Origin: an uncultured Actinomycetes bacterium
GTDB taxonomy: Bacteria; Actinomycetota; UBA4738; HRBIN12
Assembly (NCBI GenBank): GCA_963736335.1
Contig: CAVTOC010000005.1
Span: forward strand, 327,925-391,924
Length of the DNA stretch: 64,000 nt
Direction of reading: 5' to 3'
The first letter of the stretch is position 1, and each line of letters opens with the position of its first letter. This document shows positions 35,413-42,875 of the stretch, one piece after another. The notes under the pieces were generated by a model. That model had not been told where the DNA came from. It saw only the letters and a program-made list of their open reading frames with translations, and did not search any database. A program made the position numbers and the translations under genes.

Positions 35413-36097
35413 ATGCGGACTCAAGTTCCACGAAGAGCTCGACTCGCTCGAGGAGCTGCTGCTGCTCACGGGGCAGTTGGCGGGGGAGGCGGTCGATCGT
35501 GCCGTCCGGGCGCTGCGTGATCGTGACAGCGAGCTCGCAAGCGCCGTCGTCGAAGGCGACGACGCGATCGACGCCAACTACCTCGAACTCGAGCGCCGGG
35601 CTCTCGACACGCTCGCCCTGCAGACGCCGGTCGCGACCGATCTCCGCCGTCTGTCGGCGATGATCCATATGAACCTGCACCTGGAGCGGATCGGCGATCA
35701 GGCCGTGAACATCGCGAAGCTGTTCCTGGTCACTCAAGAGGAGCCTGGAAGTACCGCGATGCGGGAGCAGATCGCAGAGATGGGCGGGATCGTGGTCGAC
35801 ATGGTGCGGACCGCCATGGATGCGTTCGCACGTCGGGATCTCCAGCTCTGCCTGAAGCTTCCCATCATGGATGATCCGGTCGACCGGTTGAATCGCGCCA
35901 CGCACCTGGAGGCGCTGAAGCTCGCGGACGACCGGCGGAGCCTCGACTGGGGGATGCACATGAACTTGGCCGCCCGCGCGCTCGAGCGCGTGGGCGACAA
36001 CGCCGTCGACATCGCCGAGCAGGTGGGGTTCTTGATCACAGGTGAGTTCCGGGAATTCACCGATGCGTCGCACCCGGTCGACGTCCTCGAGCCGTGA
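35413..36097 (+). pseudogene. phoU: phosphate-signalling regulator PhoU with apparent +1 frameshift after codon 3-4
   Basis: ATG 35413 gives MRT(Q/K) in frame 1. FHEELDSLEELLLLTGQLAGEAVDRAVRAL... follows in frame 2 from 35426. The joined sequence mirrors the canonical PhoU/PhoY start MRTxYHEQLSEL. Four nt (35422-35425) sit where one codon is expected. Frame 2 has only CTG/TTG codons available as starts. Confidence 0.75.
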
Positions 36098-36789
36098 CCG
36101 ACGTCACCGACCGCATCTTGATCGTCGAGGACGAGGAGTCATTGGCTGACTCCATCCGCTACAACCTCGAGCGGGAGGGCTATGTCGTCAGCGTCGCACC
36201 CGACGGTCGCCGCGCGCTCGAACGGTTCCGGGCCGAACCGCCGTCCCTGGTGATCTTGGACCTGATGCTGCCTGAGGTGTCGGGACTCGACCTGTGCCGT
36301 GCCATCCGCGCCGAGTCCGATGTCCCGATCATCATGGTGACCGCGAAGGACTCCGAGGCCGACAAGGTAACGGGACTGGAGCTCGGGGCAGACGACTACG
36401 TCACCAAGCCGTTCTCGGTCCGCGAGCTCGTGTCGCGTGTCCGGGCGCTCTTGCGCCGGACGCGGCTCCGCCCGGACGAGCTGCCGGCCGACGTCCTCGC
36501 AGGGGGACCGGTGGAGATGGACGTGGTCCGTCACGAGGTCGTGGTCGGCGGCGCGACGGCGTCGTTCCCGCCCAAGGAGTTCGAGTTGCTCGAGACGTTC
36601 CTTCGCAGGAAGGGTCGGCTGCTCACGCGCGATTTCCTGATCGAAGAGGTGTGGGGGTCCGACTACTTCGGGGACACGAAGACGCTCGACGTGCACGTGA
36701 AGCGTCTCCGCAAGAAGATCGAGGCCGACCCACATGAGCCGGTTCATCTGGTGACGGTGCGCGGTCTCGGCTACAAGTTCGTCGACTGA
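36094..36789 (+). CDS. regX3: OmpR/PhoB-family response regulator (RegX3/PhoP-like)
   Basis: ILIVEDEESLAD...LVILDLMLPEVSGLDLCRAIRAESDVPIIMVTAKDSEADKVTGLELGADDYVTKPFSVRELVSRVRALLRR closely follows my memory of mycobacterial RegX3. Winged-helix C-terminus ...VHLVTVRGLGYKF. GTGA overlap with the phoU stop. Confidence 0.9.
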   Translation: MTDVTDRILIVEDEESLADSIRYNLEREGYVVSVAPDGRRALERFRAEPPSLVILDLMLPEVSGLDLCRAIRAESDVPIIMVTAKDSEADKVTGLELGADDYVTKPFSVRELVSRVRALLRRTRLRPDELPADVLAGGPVEMDVVRHEVVVGGATASFPPKEFELLETFLRRKGRLLTRDFLIEEVWGSDYFGDTKTLDVHVKRLRKKIEADPHEPVHLVTVRGLGYKFVD

Positions 36790-37067
36790 CGCACGTCTTC
36801 CTCGTCCATCTCGGGGAGGAGGCTGACGTGGTAGCCGGGGCGACCCCAGCCGTCCCGGATGAAGAACACCTGCAAGATCTGTCCCTCGACGGGGTCGAGC
36901 GACTCCAGCTGGTTCTCCGCATCGGCCTCAAGCAGCCACACGGAGCCGTCCTCGGTACGCACGGCCCAGTTCAAGCCGCCGAGCAGATGGAACACCCCGG
37001 TCAGCGTGCCCGACTGTTGGGGCCTCCAGATCCTCGTCTCGCTGGGAAGATCCATCACGATGCCCAC
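36771..37067 (-). CDS. hypothetical protein (98 aa)
   Basis: Non-repetitive, balanced composition (MGIVMDLPSETRIWRPQQSGTLTGVFHLLGGLNWAVRTEDGSVWLLEADAENQLESLDPVEGQILQVFFIRDGW...). The 3' end overlaps regX3 convergently by 19 nt. I recognise no family. Confidence 0.45.
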   Translation of the reverse strand: MGIVMDLPSETRIWRPQQSGTLTGVFHLLGGLNWAVRTEDGSVWLLEADAENQLESLDPVEGQILQVFFIRDGWGRPGYHVSLLPEMDEEDVRQSTNL

Positions 37068-37177
37068 CCCCTGGATCCGACCGGTTCAGCCTCCTCTCCC
37101 CGGATGAACGCGCTGCCTCGTCAAGATGTCGGGTCGGTGAAGGTTGTGCAGGTGGTCCGACGCTTCGGCCGCCCGGC

Positions 37178-37975
37178 TCAGCGTTCCTCGTGAGGGAAGA
37201 CGTCCGCGACGGGTCCTTTGGTGGATGCGAGCCGAGCCGCTTCCCGGAAGCCGAGTCGTTCGTACATCCGGACGACCGCGTGCGCCTCCGGATCCGCGAA
37301 GAGGCTCACGTGCCGGGCGCCGGCTTCGCGAGCCAGCTCGACCGCTCGGGATACCACGGCCGTCGCCAGTCCGCGGCCTCGCGCATCGGGGAACGTGGCG
37401 ACGTTGTCGAGGTAGCCGACACCCTCCAGTTGCACCAGCGCCGCGAGCGCCGCGATCGCGCCCTGGTCGTCGCGGACGCCGAGCCACCGCTTGTGTCCGC
37501 CGGAGAACGTCTCCTGCTCGATGCGCCGTAGCTGCTCCGAAACGGTCGGATCGTTGCCGAACAGCGCGAGCGATTCCTCCACGCGCGACCACAGCTCGTC
37601 TCCGGGCTCCAGCGACTCGACCCGCACGTCTGCCGGACGCACGCTGGGATCCTCCGTCAGGTCCATCACCAGGTCCCAGGACAACGTGTGTCCGAGCGTG
37701 GACAGTTCGACGAGGAGATCGGTCGTGTCCTCCGGGAAGAACACCACCACGTGGAACATGTCCGTCCCGACCTCGGCGAGCGCCGGGAGCAACGCGTCGG
37801 CGACCTCCGCGAGCGTGAGATCGGGCGCCGGAACGTCGACCCGCGCGTAGTTGAAGTCCCAGATCGCGGGGTACCTCGCATCGGTGACGACCGCGCCCCA
37901 CCACGTCGGCACGGTGTGGAAATGGCGCTCGTCGAGCGCCTTCCAGAACCGATGGATGTGATCGGGGATCGGCAT
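37178..37975 (-). CDS. GNAT-family N-acetyltransferase (two-domain, 265 aa)
   Basis: C-terminal acetyl-CoA motif YLDNVATFPDARGRGLATAVVSRAVELAREAGARHVSLFAD...YERLGF. Confidence 0.75.
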   Translation of the reverse strand: MPIPDHIHRFWKALDERHFHTVPTWWGAVVTDARYPAIWDFNYARVDVPAPDLTLAEVADALLPALAEVGTDMFHVVVFFPEDTTDLLVELSTLGHTLSWDLVMDLTEDPSVRPADVRVESLEPGDELWSRVEESLALFGNDPTVSEQLRRIEQETFSGGHKRWLGVRDDQGAIAALAALVQLEGVGYLDNVATFPDARGRGLATAVVSRAVELAREAGARHVSLFADPEAHAVVRMYERLGFREAARLASTKGPVADVFPHEER

Positions 37976-38016
37976 GGGAGGGCGAGTGTAGACGAGCCAT
38001 CGGCTACGCTCGGTCG

Positions 38017-39003
38017 ATGATCACGTGCAAGATCTTCGTGGACGGCAGGCCGTCGGACGAGCAGGTTGAGCCCTCGGATGTCGGCGATGTGCTCGCCCGC
38101 GATGACGCGTTCGTCTGGCTCGATTCGCTCGACCCCACCGACGAGGACCTGGCCGTGCTACAGAAGGTGTTCGACCTCCATCCGCTCACGATCGAAGACG
38201 TGAAGCACCGCCATCAGCGTCCGAAGGTCGAGATCTACCAGGACTACGCGTTCGTGGTGCTGCGTCCCGTCGAGCTGACCGACGCAGGCATGATCGAGAA
38301 GGAGCTGCACGCCTTCGTCGGGCGTCGCTTCATCGTGACGCTTCGGCCGTCGCCGGCGTGCGACATGATCGAGATCGCGAACCGGTGGGAGCGACAGCCC
38401 GAGCTGTTCCGCGAGGGCGGCGGCTACGCGATCTACGTGCTCATCGACGAGGTCGTCGACGACTACCTGACGGCGGTGGAGCGATTCGAGGACGACGTCG
38501 ACGAGCTCGAGGATGCGATCTTCGCCGACGGTGACAGGCGCGACCGCGGCGCCGTCAACGAAGGCGACCTCCAGCAACAGCTCTTCCAGGTGAAGCGCGA
38601 GGTGGTGCGACTCCGCCGGTTCGCGATGCCCGTCCGTCAGGGACTGGACCTGATCCAGGAGCGTCCGGAGATCGCCACGACGCCGCTCGGTCCGTACTTC
38701 CGCGACGTGATGGACCACGTGATCCGCGTTGTCGAGCTGTCCGACAACATCCGCGACCTGCTGACGTCACTGCTGGAGGTTCGGGTGGCTCAGGCCGCCA
38801 ACCGCTTGAACGACATCATGAAGCGCGTCACGTCGTGGGGAGCCGTGATCCTCGTTCCCACCATGGTCGCGGGCATCTACGGGATGAACTTCCGTCACAT
38901 GCCGGAGCTGGGATGGCGATACGGCTACCCTGCGGCGCTGGTCGGCATGTTCGCTGCGGCCGCCGGCGTCTGGTGGTTCTTCCGGCGGAAGGACTGGCTG
39001 TAG
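38017..39003 (+). CDS. corA: CorA-family magnesium/cobalt transporter
   Basis: The C-terminal TM pair carries VAGIYGMNFRHMPE (YGMNF signature). 328 aa. Confidence 0.9.
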   Translation: MITCKIFVDGRPSDEQVEPSDVGDVLARDDAFVWLDSLDPTDEDLAVLQKVFDLHPLTIEDVKHRHQRPKVEIYQDYAFVVLRPVELTDAGMIEKELHAFVGRRFIVTLRPSPACDMIEIANRWERQPELFREGGGYAIYVLIDEVVDDYLTAVERFEDDVDELEDAIFADGDRRDRGAVNEGDLQQQLFQVKREVVRLRRFAMPVRQGLDLIQERPEIATTPLGPYFRDVMDHVIRVVELSDNIRDLLTSLLEVRVAQAANRLNDIMKRVTSWGAVILVPTMVAGIYGMNFRHMPELGWRYGYPAALVGMFAAAAGVWWFFRRKDWL

Positions 39004-39005
39004 CC

Positions 39006-39341
39006 ATGTGTCGCGCGATGAAGGTGCTCTGCGTCGCCACCGACCCTGCGTCGCTGATCGAGCTGAAGAAGGCCGCCGTCTCGGCCGGGTGGGAGCTCGC
39101 CCCCGGGGCGACGGATGAAGCCGGCGCCATCGGACAGATCGACGCGGAACGACCGCACGTCCTGGTCGTGTTCGGTCCCTACGAACGACTCCTCGCTCTC
39201 GTCACCGAACGGTTCCCGGGGATGCGGGTCATCGCCGACCGGGACGCACCCGGGGCCACGGAGGTGGCCACCTCGCTCGACGAGGTCCGGGGACTGATCA
39301 AGGGGAGTCCCCGTCCGGGCGGTCCCGTACACCGAACCTGA
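39006..39341 (+). CDS. hypothetical protein, receiver-like alpha/beta pattern (111 aa)
   Basis: MCRAMKVLCVATDPASLIELKKAAVSAGWELAPGATDEAGAIGQIDAERPHVLVVFGPYERLL... starts 3 nt after the corA stop. A beta-alpha alternation resembling CheY-like folds is visible, but no acidic pocket is recognisable. Confidence 0.45.
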   Translation: MCRAMKVLCVATDPASLIELKKAAVSAGWELAPGATDEAGAIGQIDAERPHVLVVFGPYERLLALVTERFPGMRVIADRDAPGATEVATSLDEVRGLIKGSPRPGGPVHRT

Positions 39342-39365
39342 CCGGCGTTCGGTCGCTTCTGACGA

Positions 39366-39800
39366 CTAGGTCCAGGCGCCCCATCCATCCTGTTGGACCA
39401 TGCGCATCGTGACGATGATGTTCGCGCGAGCGTTGAAAGCCGACCATCCCGGGAAGCCGTAGGCGGCTGCCCGCCCGGGCCAGTACGTCAGCATGTGTTG
39501 ATAGATGCCGGCGCACCCCGAGGGGTTGTAGGCGTTCGGTCGGAACTGCGACTCGCGATCCGCGATCGCGAGCGCCGTGCTCGGGCCGCCGGGAACGTTC
39601 CAATGGTCGGCGGCGCATCGGATCAACTGCTTGACCTGGAACGTCCCCAGGTGCCAGTCGTAGTTGCAGATCTTCGCTGATGCCTCGTGCCGGATCTCGG
39701 GGGTCGCCGCCTGAGAGATCGTTGCGGGAACCACCGTGAGGATCGCGGCGATGGAGAGCGCGGCCACGGCGTGGCGGCGCATGGTTGAGATATGTGTCAT
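39366..39800 (-). CDS. secreted lytic transglycosylase (SLT-domain) protein
   Basis: Signal peptide MRRHAVAALSIAAILTVVPATISQA, then ALAIADRESQFRPNAYNPSGCAGIYQHM (catalytic E-S ... GxxQ pattern of SLT domains). Confidence 0.7.
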   Translation of the reverse strand: MTHISTMRRHAVAALSIAAILTVVPATISQAATPEIRHEASAKICNYDWHLGTFQVKQLIRCAADHWNVPGGPSTALAIADRESQFRPNAYNPSGCAGIYQHMLTYWPGRAAAYGFPGWSAFNARANIIVTMRMVQQDGWGAWT

Positions 39801-40109
39801 ATGTCGATCACCCTCGCGGTGACTCGGAGCTGGCTGCTCCGCCTCTTGCGACCGGACGGCTACGGACTCCGCCGGAGCCGGTCGACCCGCGATAGGTCGT
39901 GGGTGCCTGCATCACCTCCTGTTGTCGGTGGTCTCTGTGTGACCTATCGTCCGCATCCGTCCGGCCGTCCCAGCTCCCCACGCGCGCAGGCAAGCGCCAA
40001 CCGACCCTGGGAAGGTGGTGGCGCACTCGCGTGCGGGGGAAGGAACGGACGACCGTCCGTCGCGGACCGGCCAACCCTAGACAACAACTTCAGGAACTGA
40101 CAAGTCGAG
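39801..40109 (-). promoter_or_regulatory. long structured 5' leader of the SLT gene (candidate riboswitch / cis-regulatory RNA)
   Basis: An untranslated region of about 310-370 nt in an otherwise compact genome. All overlapping ORFs are R/P/G-rich junk. Structural elements: an SD-sequestering hairpin UCACC-GCGAG-GGUGA (39808-39822); hairpin ACGGACG-GU-CGUCCGU (40044-40059); and the repeated 9-mer AGGUCACAC (40117-40109 and 39945-39937), which offers alternative pairings. Confidence 0.3.
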
Positions 40110-40126
40110 TGTGACCTGAGGTCACA
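40110..40126. promoter_or_regulatory. 17-bp perfect palindrome TGTGACCTGAGGTCACA (operator or leader 5' hairpin)
   Basis: Perfect dyad in the SLT / ispH divergent region, 49 nt upstream of the ispH GTG. The half-site GTGTGACCT recurs exactly at 39937-39945. Confidence 0.4.
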
Positions 40127-40174
40127 ACCCCGGGATGAGGCCGGGACCCGCCGCGTCCCGGCTACCATGGACGG

Positions 40175-41125
40175 GTGAGCGGAAAAGTCCTGCTGGCCTC
40201 ACCACGCGGATACTGCGCCGGAGTGGATCGTGCCGTCGACGCGGTGGAGCGCGCCCTGGCCAAGCACGGCGCGCCGGTGTACGTCCGCAAGCAGATCGTG
40301 CATAACCTCCACGTCGTGCACGCTCTCGAGTCGAAGGGAGCCGTGTTCGTCGAGGAAGAGACGGAGGTTCCCGAAGGAGCGGTCGTCGTCCTGTCGGCCC
40401 ACGGCGTGGCTCCGGACGTCTACTCGAACTCGAGGGTTCGAGGGCTGGAGGTCATCGACGCGACATGCCCGCTCGTCACCAAGGTGCATATGGAGGCACG
40501 GCGATTCGCCCAGGACGGTCGGACGATCGTGTTGATCGGACACGCCGGGCACGAGGAGGTCGTGGGCACGACCGGGCAGGCGCCCGACCGGACGATCTTG
40601 GTCCAGAGTCCCGACGAGGCGCGGACGGTACGGATCGAGGACCCCGCCAACCTGTCCTACCTCACGCAGACCACCCTGTCGGTGGACGAGACCGACGAGA
40701 TCCTGGACATCCTTCGGGAGCGGTTCCCCGGGATCGAAGGACCGCCCCGCGAGGACATCTGCTACGCGACGACGAACCGCCAGGATGCGGTCAAGGCGCT
40801 CGCTCCGCGGGTCGACGTGCTCCTGGTGATCGGCTCCAAGAATTCGTCGAACTCGAACCGCCTGGCGGAGGTCAGTCAGGAGCGCGGGACGCCCGCCTAC
40901 CTCGTCGACGACGAGACGCACGTGGATCCCGCGTGGCTCGCGGGAGCCGAGACGGTGGGTCTGACGTCGGGCGCGTCTGCGCCCGAGTGGCTCGTCGACC
41001 GGATGCTGGCCTTCCTGGCCGCGAACGGGTTCGACGACGTCGAGGTGGTGACGCTCGCCGAAGAGCGTGTGCGCTTCTCGCTCCCCGTCGGTGTGCGCGA
41101 TCTCCCGTTGACCGACGCCGGCTAG
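40175..41125 (+). CDS. ispH: 4-hydroxy-3-methylbut-2-enyl diphosphate reductase
   Basis: LASPRGYCAGVDRAV..VE.AL...GAPVYVRKQIVHN...DATCPLVTKVH...VIGSKNSSNSNRL are IspH/LytB signatures with the three Fe-S Cys. Confidence 0.95.
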   Translation: MSGKVLLASPRGYCAGVDRAVDAVERALAKHGAPVYVRKQIVHNLHVVHALESKGAVFVEEETEVPEGAVVVLSAHGVAPDVYSNSRVRGLEVIDATCPLVTKVHMEARRFAQDGRTIVLIGHAGHEEVVGTTGQAPDRTILVQSPDEARTVRIEDPANLSYLTQTTLSVDETDEILDILRERFPGIEGPPREDICYATTNRQDAVKALAPRVDVLLVIGSKNSSNSNRLAEVSQERGTPAYLVDDETHVDPAWLAGAETVGLTSGASAPEWLVDRMLAFLAANGFDDVEVVTLAEERVRFSLPVGVRDLPLTDAG

Positions 41126-41673
41126 GTCCAGGCGGAGAACTGGTCCCGGTCTTCCTCCGGTTCCTCGTACGCGACCGACACCAACGTGCTCGTCTCGGTC
41201 ACGCCGGGCAGTTGGTGGATCTCATCCAAGATCACGCCGCTCGCGACCTCCCACGGCTGCGCGACGCAGATCAGCAGATCCCATTCGCCTCCGAGGACCG
41301 CCACGCCGGCCACGTCGTGCATCTCGGAGATCCGCTCGACCAGGCCCGCAGCCGCGCCGGGCTGCGTCTTCACGTGGACGTAACAGGCACCGGCGACGAT
41401 CGGCGGCGGCTGGACGTTGCCGAACCCTGCGATCCCCACCCGGTCCGGCGGAACGACCGGAGCCGTCAGCGTCCTCACGACGCCGTCGACGCCGTGGAGT
41501 TGGCCGAGCACGGTGGTGGCGATCTGGTCGAGGTCCGCGCCCTCCACCTGTACCAACACGTCCCAGGCTCCCACGACGACGAGCGCGCGCTTCAGGCCGG
41601 CACGGCCCGCCAGCTGCGTGAGCACAGAGGGCACTTTCCCCGGTGCGACGTGCAGGTACACGTAGGCATCCAC
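41122..41673 (-). CDS. tandem Lrp/AsnC-type ligand-binding (RAM) domain protein without HTH
   Basis: GTG 41673 (GGAGGG RBS): VDAYVYLHVAPGKVPSVLTQLAGRAGLKRALVVVGAWDVLVQVEGADLDQI... and a second copy ACYVHVKTQPGAAAGLVERISEMHDVAGVAVLGGEWDLLICV. 183 aa, starting 2 nt after the upstream gene. Confidence 0.65.
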   Translation of the reverse strand: MDAYVYLHVAPGKVPSVLTQLAGRAGLKRALVVVGAWDVLVQVEGADLDQIATTVLGQLHGVDGVVRTLTAPVVPPDRVGIAGFGNVQPPPIVAGACYVHVKTQPGAAAGLVERISEMHDVAGVAVLGGEWDLLICVAQPWEVASGVILDEIHQLPGVTETSTLVSVAYEEPEEDRDQFSAWT

Positions 41674-41675
41674 GG

Positions 41676-42875
41676 TTAGCCCTCCACCCCGACCGGATGA
41701 CCCGCGCTGCAGAGCTCGAGCAACTCTTCCTCCCCCTCTTCCGGACCAACAGATATCAGCCGGTCTCCGGCCTTCAGAACGAATCCTGCTCGCGGACGGT
41801 AGGTCCAACGCGATCCGCGCTGGACCGCAAGGACGAACATGCCCGTCTCCGTCTCCACGCGCAGGTCCCGCAGGGACTTCCCGTCCGCGTTCGAACCGTC
41901 CTCGACGACGGTTTCCGCGAACGTCTCTTCCGTCTCCTCCAAGGCCATCTGCACGACCGGATGCAGCGGCTCCCCGTGTTCGACGTACCACGTCATGTCT
42001 CGCGCGGAATCACAGACGTACTCGCTCGCGCTCGCCAGACGGAGGAGACCGCGGAGCTCGTCGGGGTTGCGCGCCTCGGGTGCCGCGCGGAGCACCCACG
42101 ACTCCAACTCGTCGTGGAGGATGTCGCTGCGCGCTTCCATCGCGCCGACCTCCGCCGCGAGCGACTTGTTGTTGAAGAGCAACGACGAATACGCCAGACC
42201 CACCGCGGCCTCCGCGAGGTCCTTGAGCTCCACGAGGATGTCGACGGCTCGGTCGAGCTCGGAGAGCGCGGGGATGTCGTCCCCTTGGAACTCGGCGAGG
42301 GGCGCGGCGCCGGCGAGCTCGCGTACCAGGTTCACGCCTTCCTCGGGTCCTCTGATCAGCAGCACGTCCTGCTCGCTCACCACGTCTTCCGGCCCCGGGT
42401 CGAAGCGCCAATCCATCCCGCTGCGGATGGCCATCACCCACATGCCCGTTTCCGTCGGGAGCGACAGGTCGCGGAGCGTCCGTCCGGCGCCGGGAGCGTC
42501 CGAGCGGACCTTGATCCGCGCGGTCATCTCGTCGGCGTGACGGAGATCCTGGCGGAGCGCGTCGGGGATGCCCAGACGCGCCGCAACCACCCGCGCGATG
42601 TCGGATGCGGCGTCGCCGATCCGTTCGATCGCGTCGGCGATCCACAGGACACCGGCCATGCCCTCGGCGTCCTCCGGGCTGCGCGCGGCGAGCATCGCCA
42701 TGATGCGGAGTCGCCGCAGGTGGCCGTTCATCCGCTCTTCCAGGCGGCCGACCTCTCGGGCGAGCTTCTCCTCGTTGAAGAACACGGCGGCGTACGCGAG
42801 GTCGACCATGAGCTCGGAGGCGTCCTTCAGCTCGACGAGGAGCTCTTTGACGGTCTTGGGTTCGTCGTCATCCAT
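41676..42875 (-). CDS. regulatory protein with two PhoU-like + TrkA_C (RCK_C) module repeats
   Basis: Internal duplication: ELLVELKDASELMVDLAYAAVFFNEE... / DILVELKDLAEAAVGLAYSSLLFNNK... (PhoU-like helices). Each is followed by an RCK_C-like beta domain (GRTLRDLSLPTETGMWVMAIRSG / GKSLRDLRVETETGMFVLAVQRG). Confidence 0.75.
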   Translation of the reverse strand: MDDDEPKTVKELLVELKDASELMVDLAYAAVFFNEEKLAREVGRLEERMNGHLRRLRIMAMLAARSPEDAEGMAGVLWIADAIERIGDAASDIARVVAARLGIPDALRQDLRHADEMTARIKVRSDAPGAGRTLRDLSLPTETGMWVMAIRSGMDWRFDPGPEDVVSEQDVLLIRGPEEGVNLVRELAGAAPLAEFQGDDIPALSELDRAVDILVELKDLAEAAVGLAYSSLLFNNKSLAAEVGAMEARSDILHDELESWVLRAAPEARNPDELRGLLRLASASEYVCDSARDMTWYVEHGEPLHPVVQMALEETEETFAETVVEDGSNADGKSLRDLRVETETGMFVLAVQRGSRWTYRPRAGFVLKAGDRLISVGPEEGEEELLELCSAGHPVGVEG

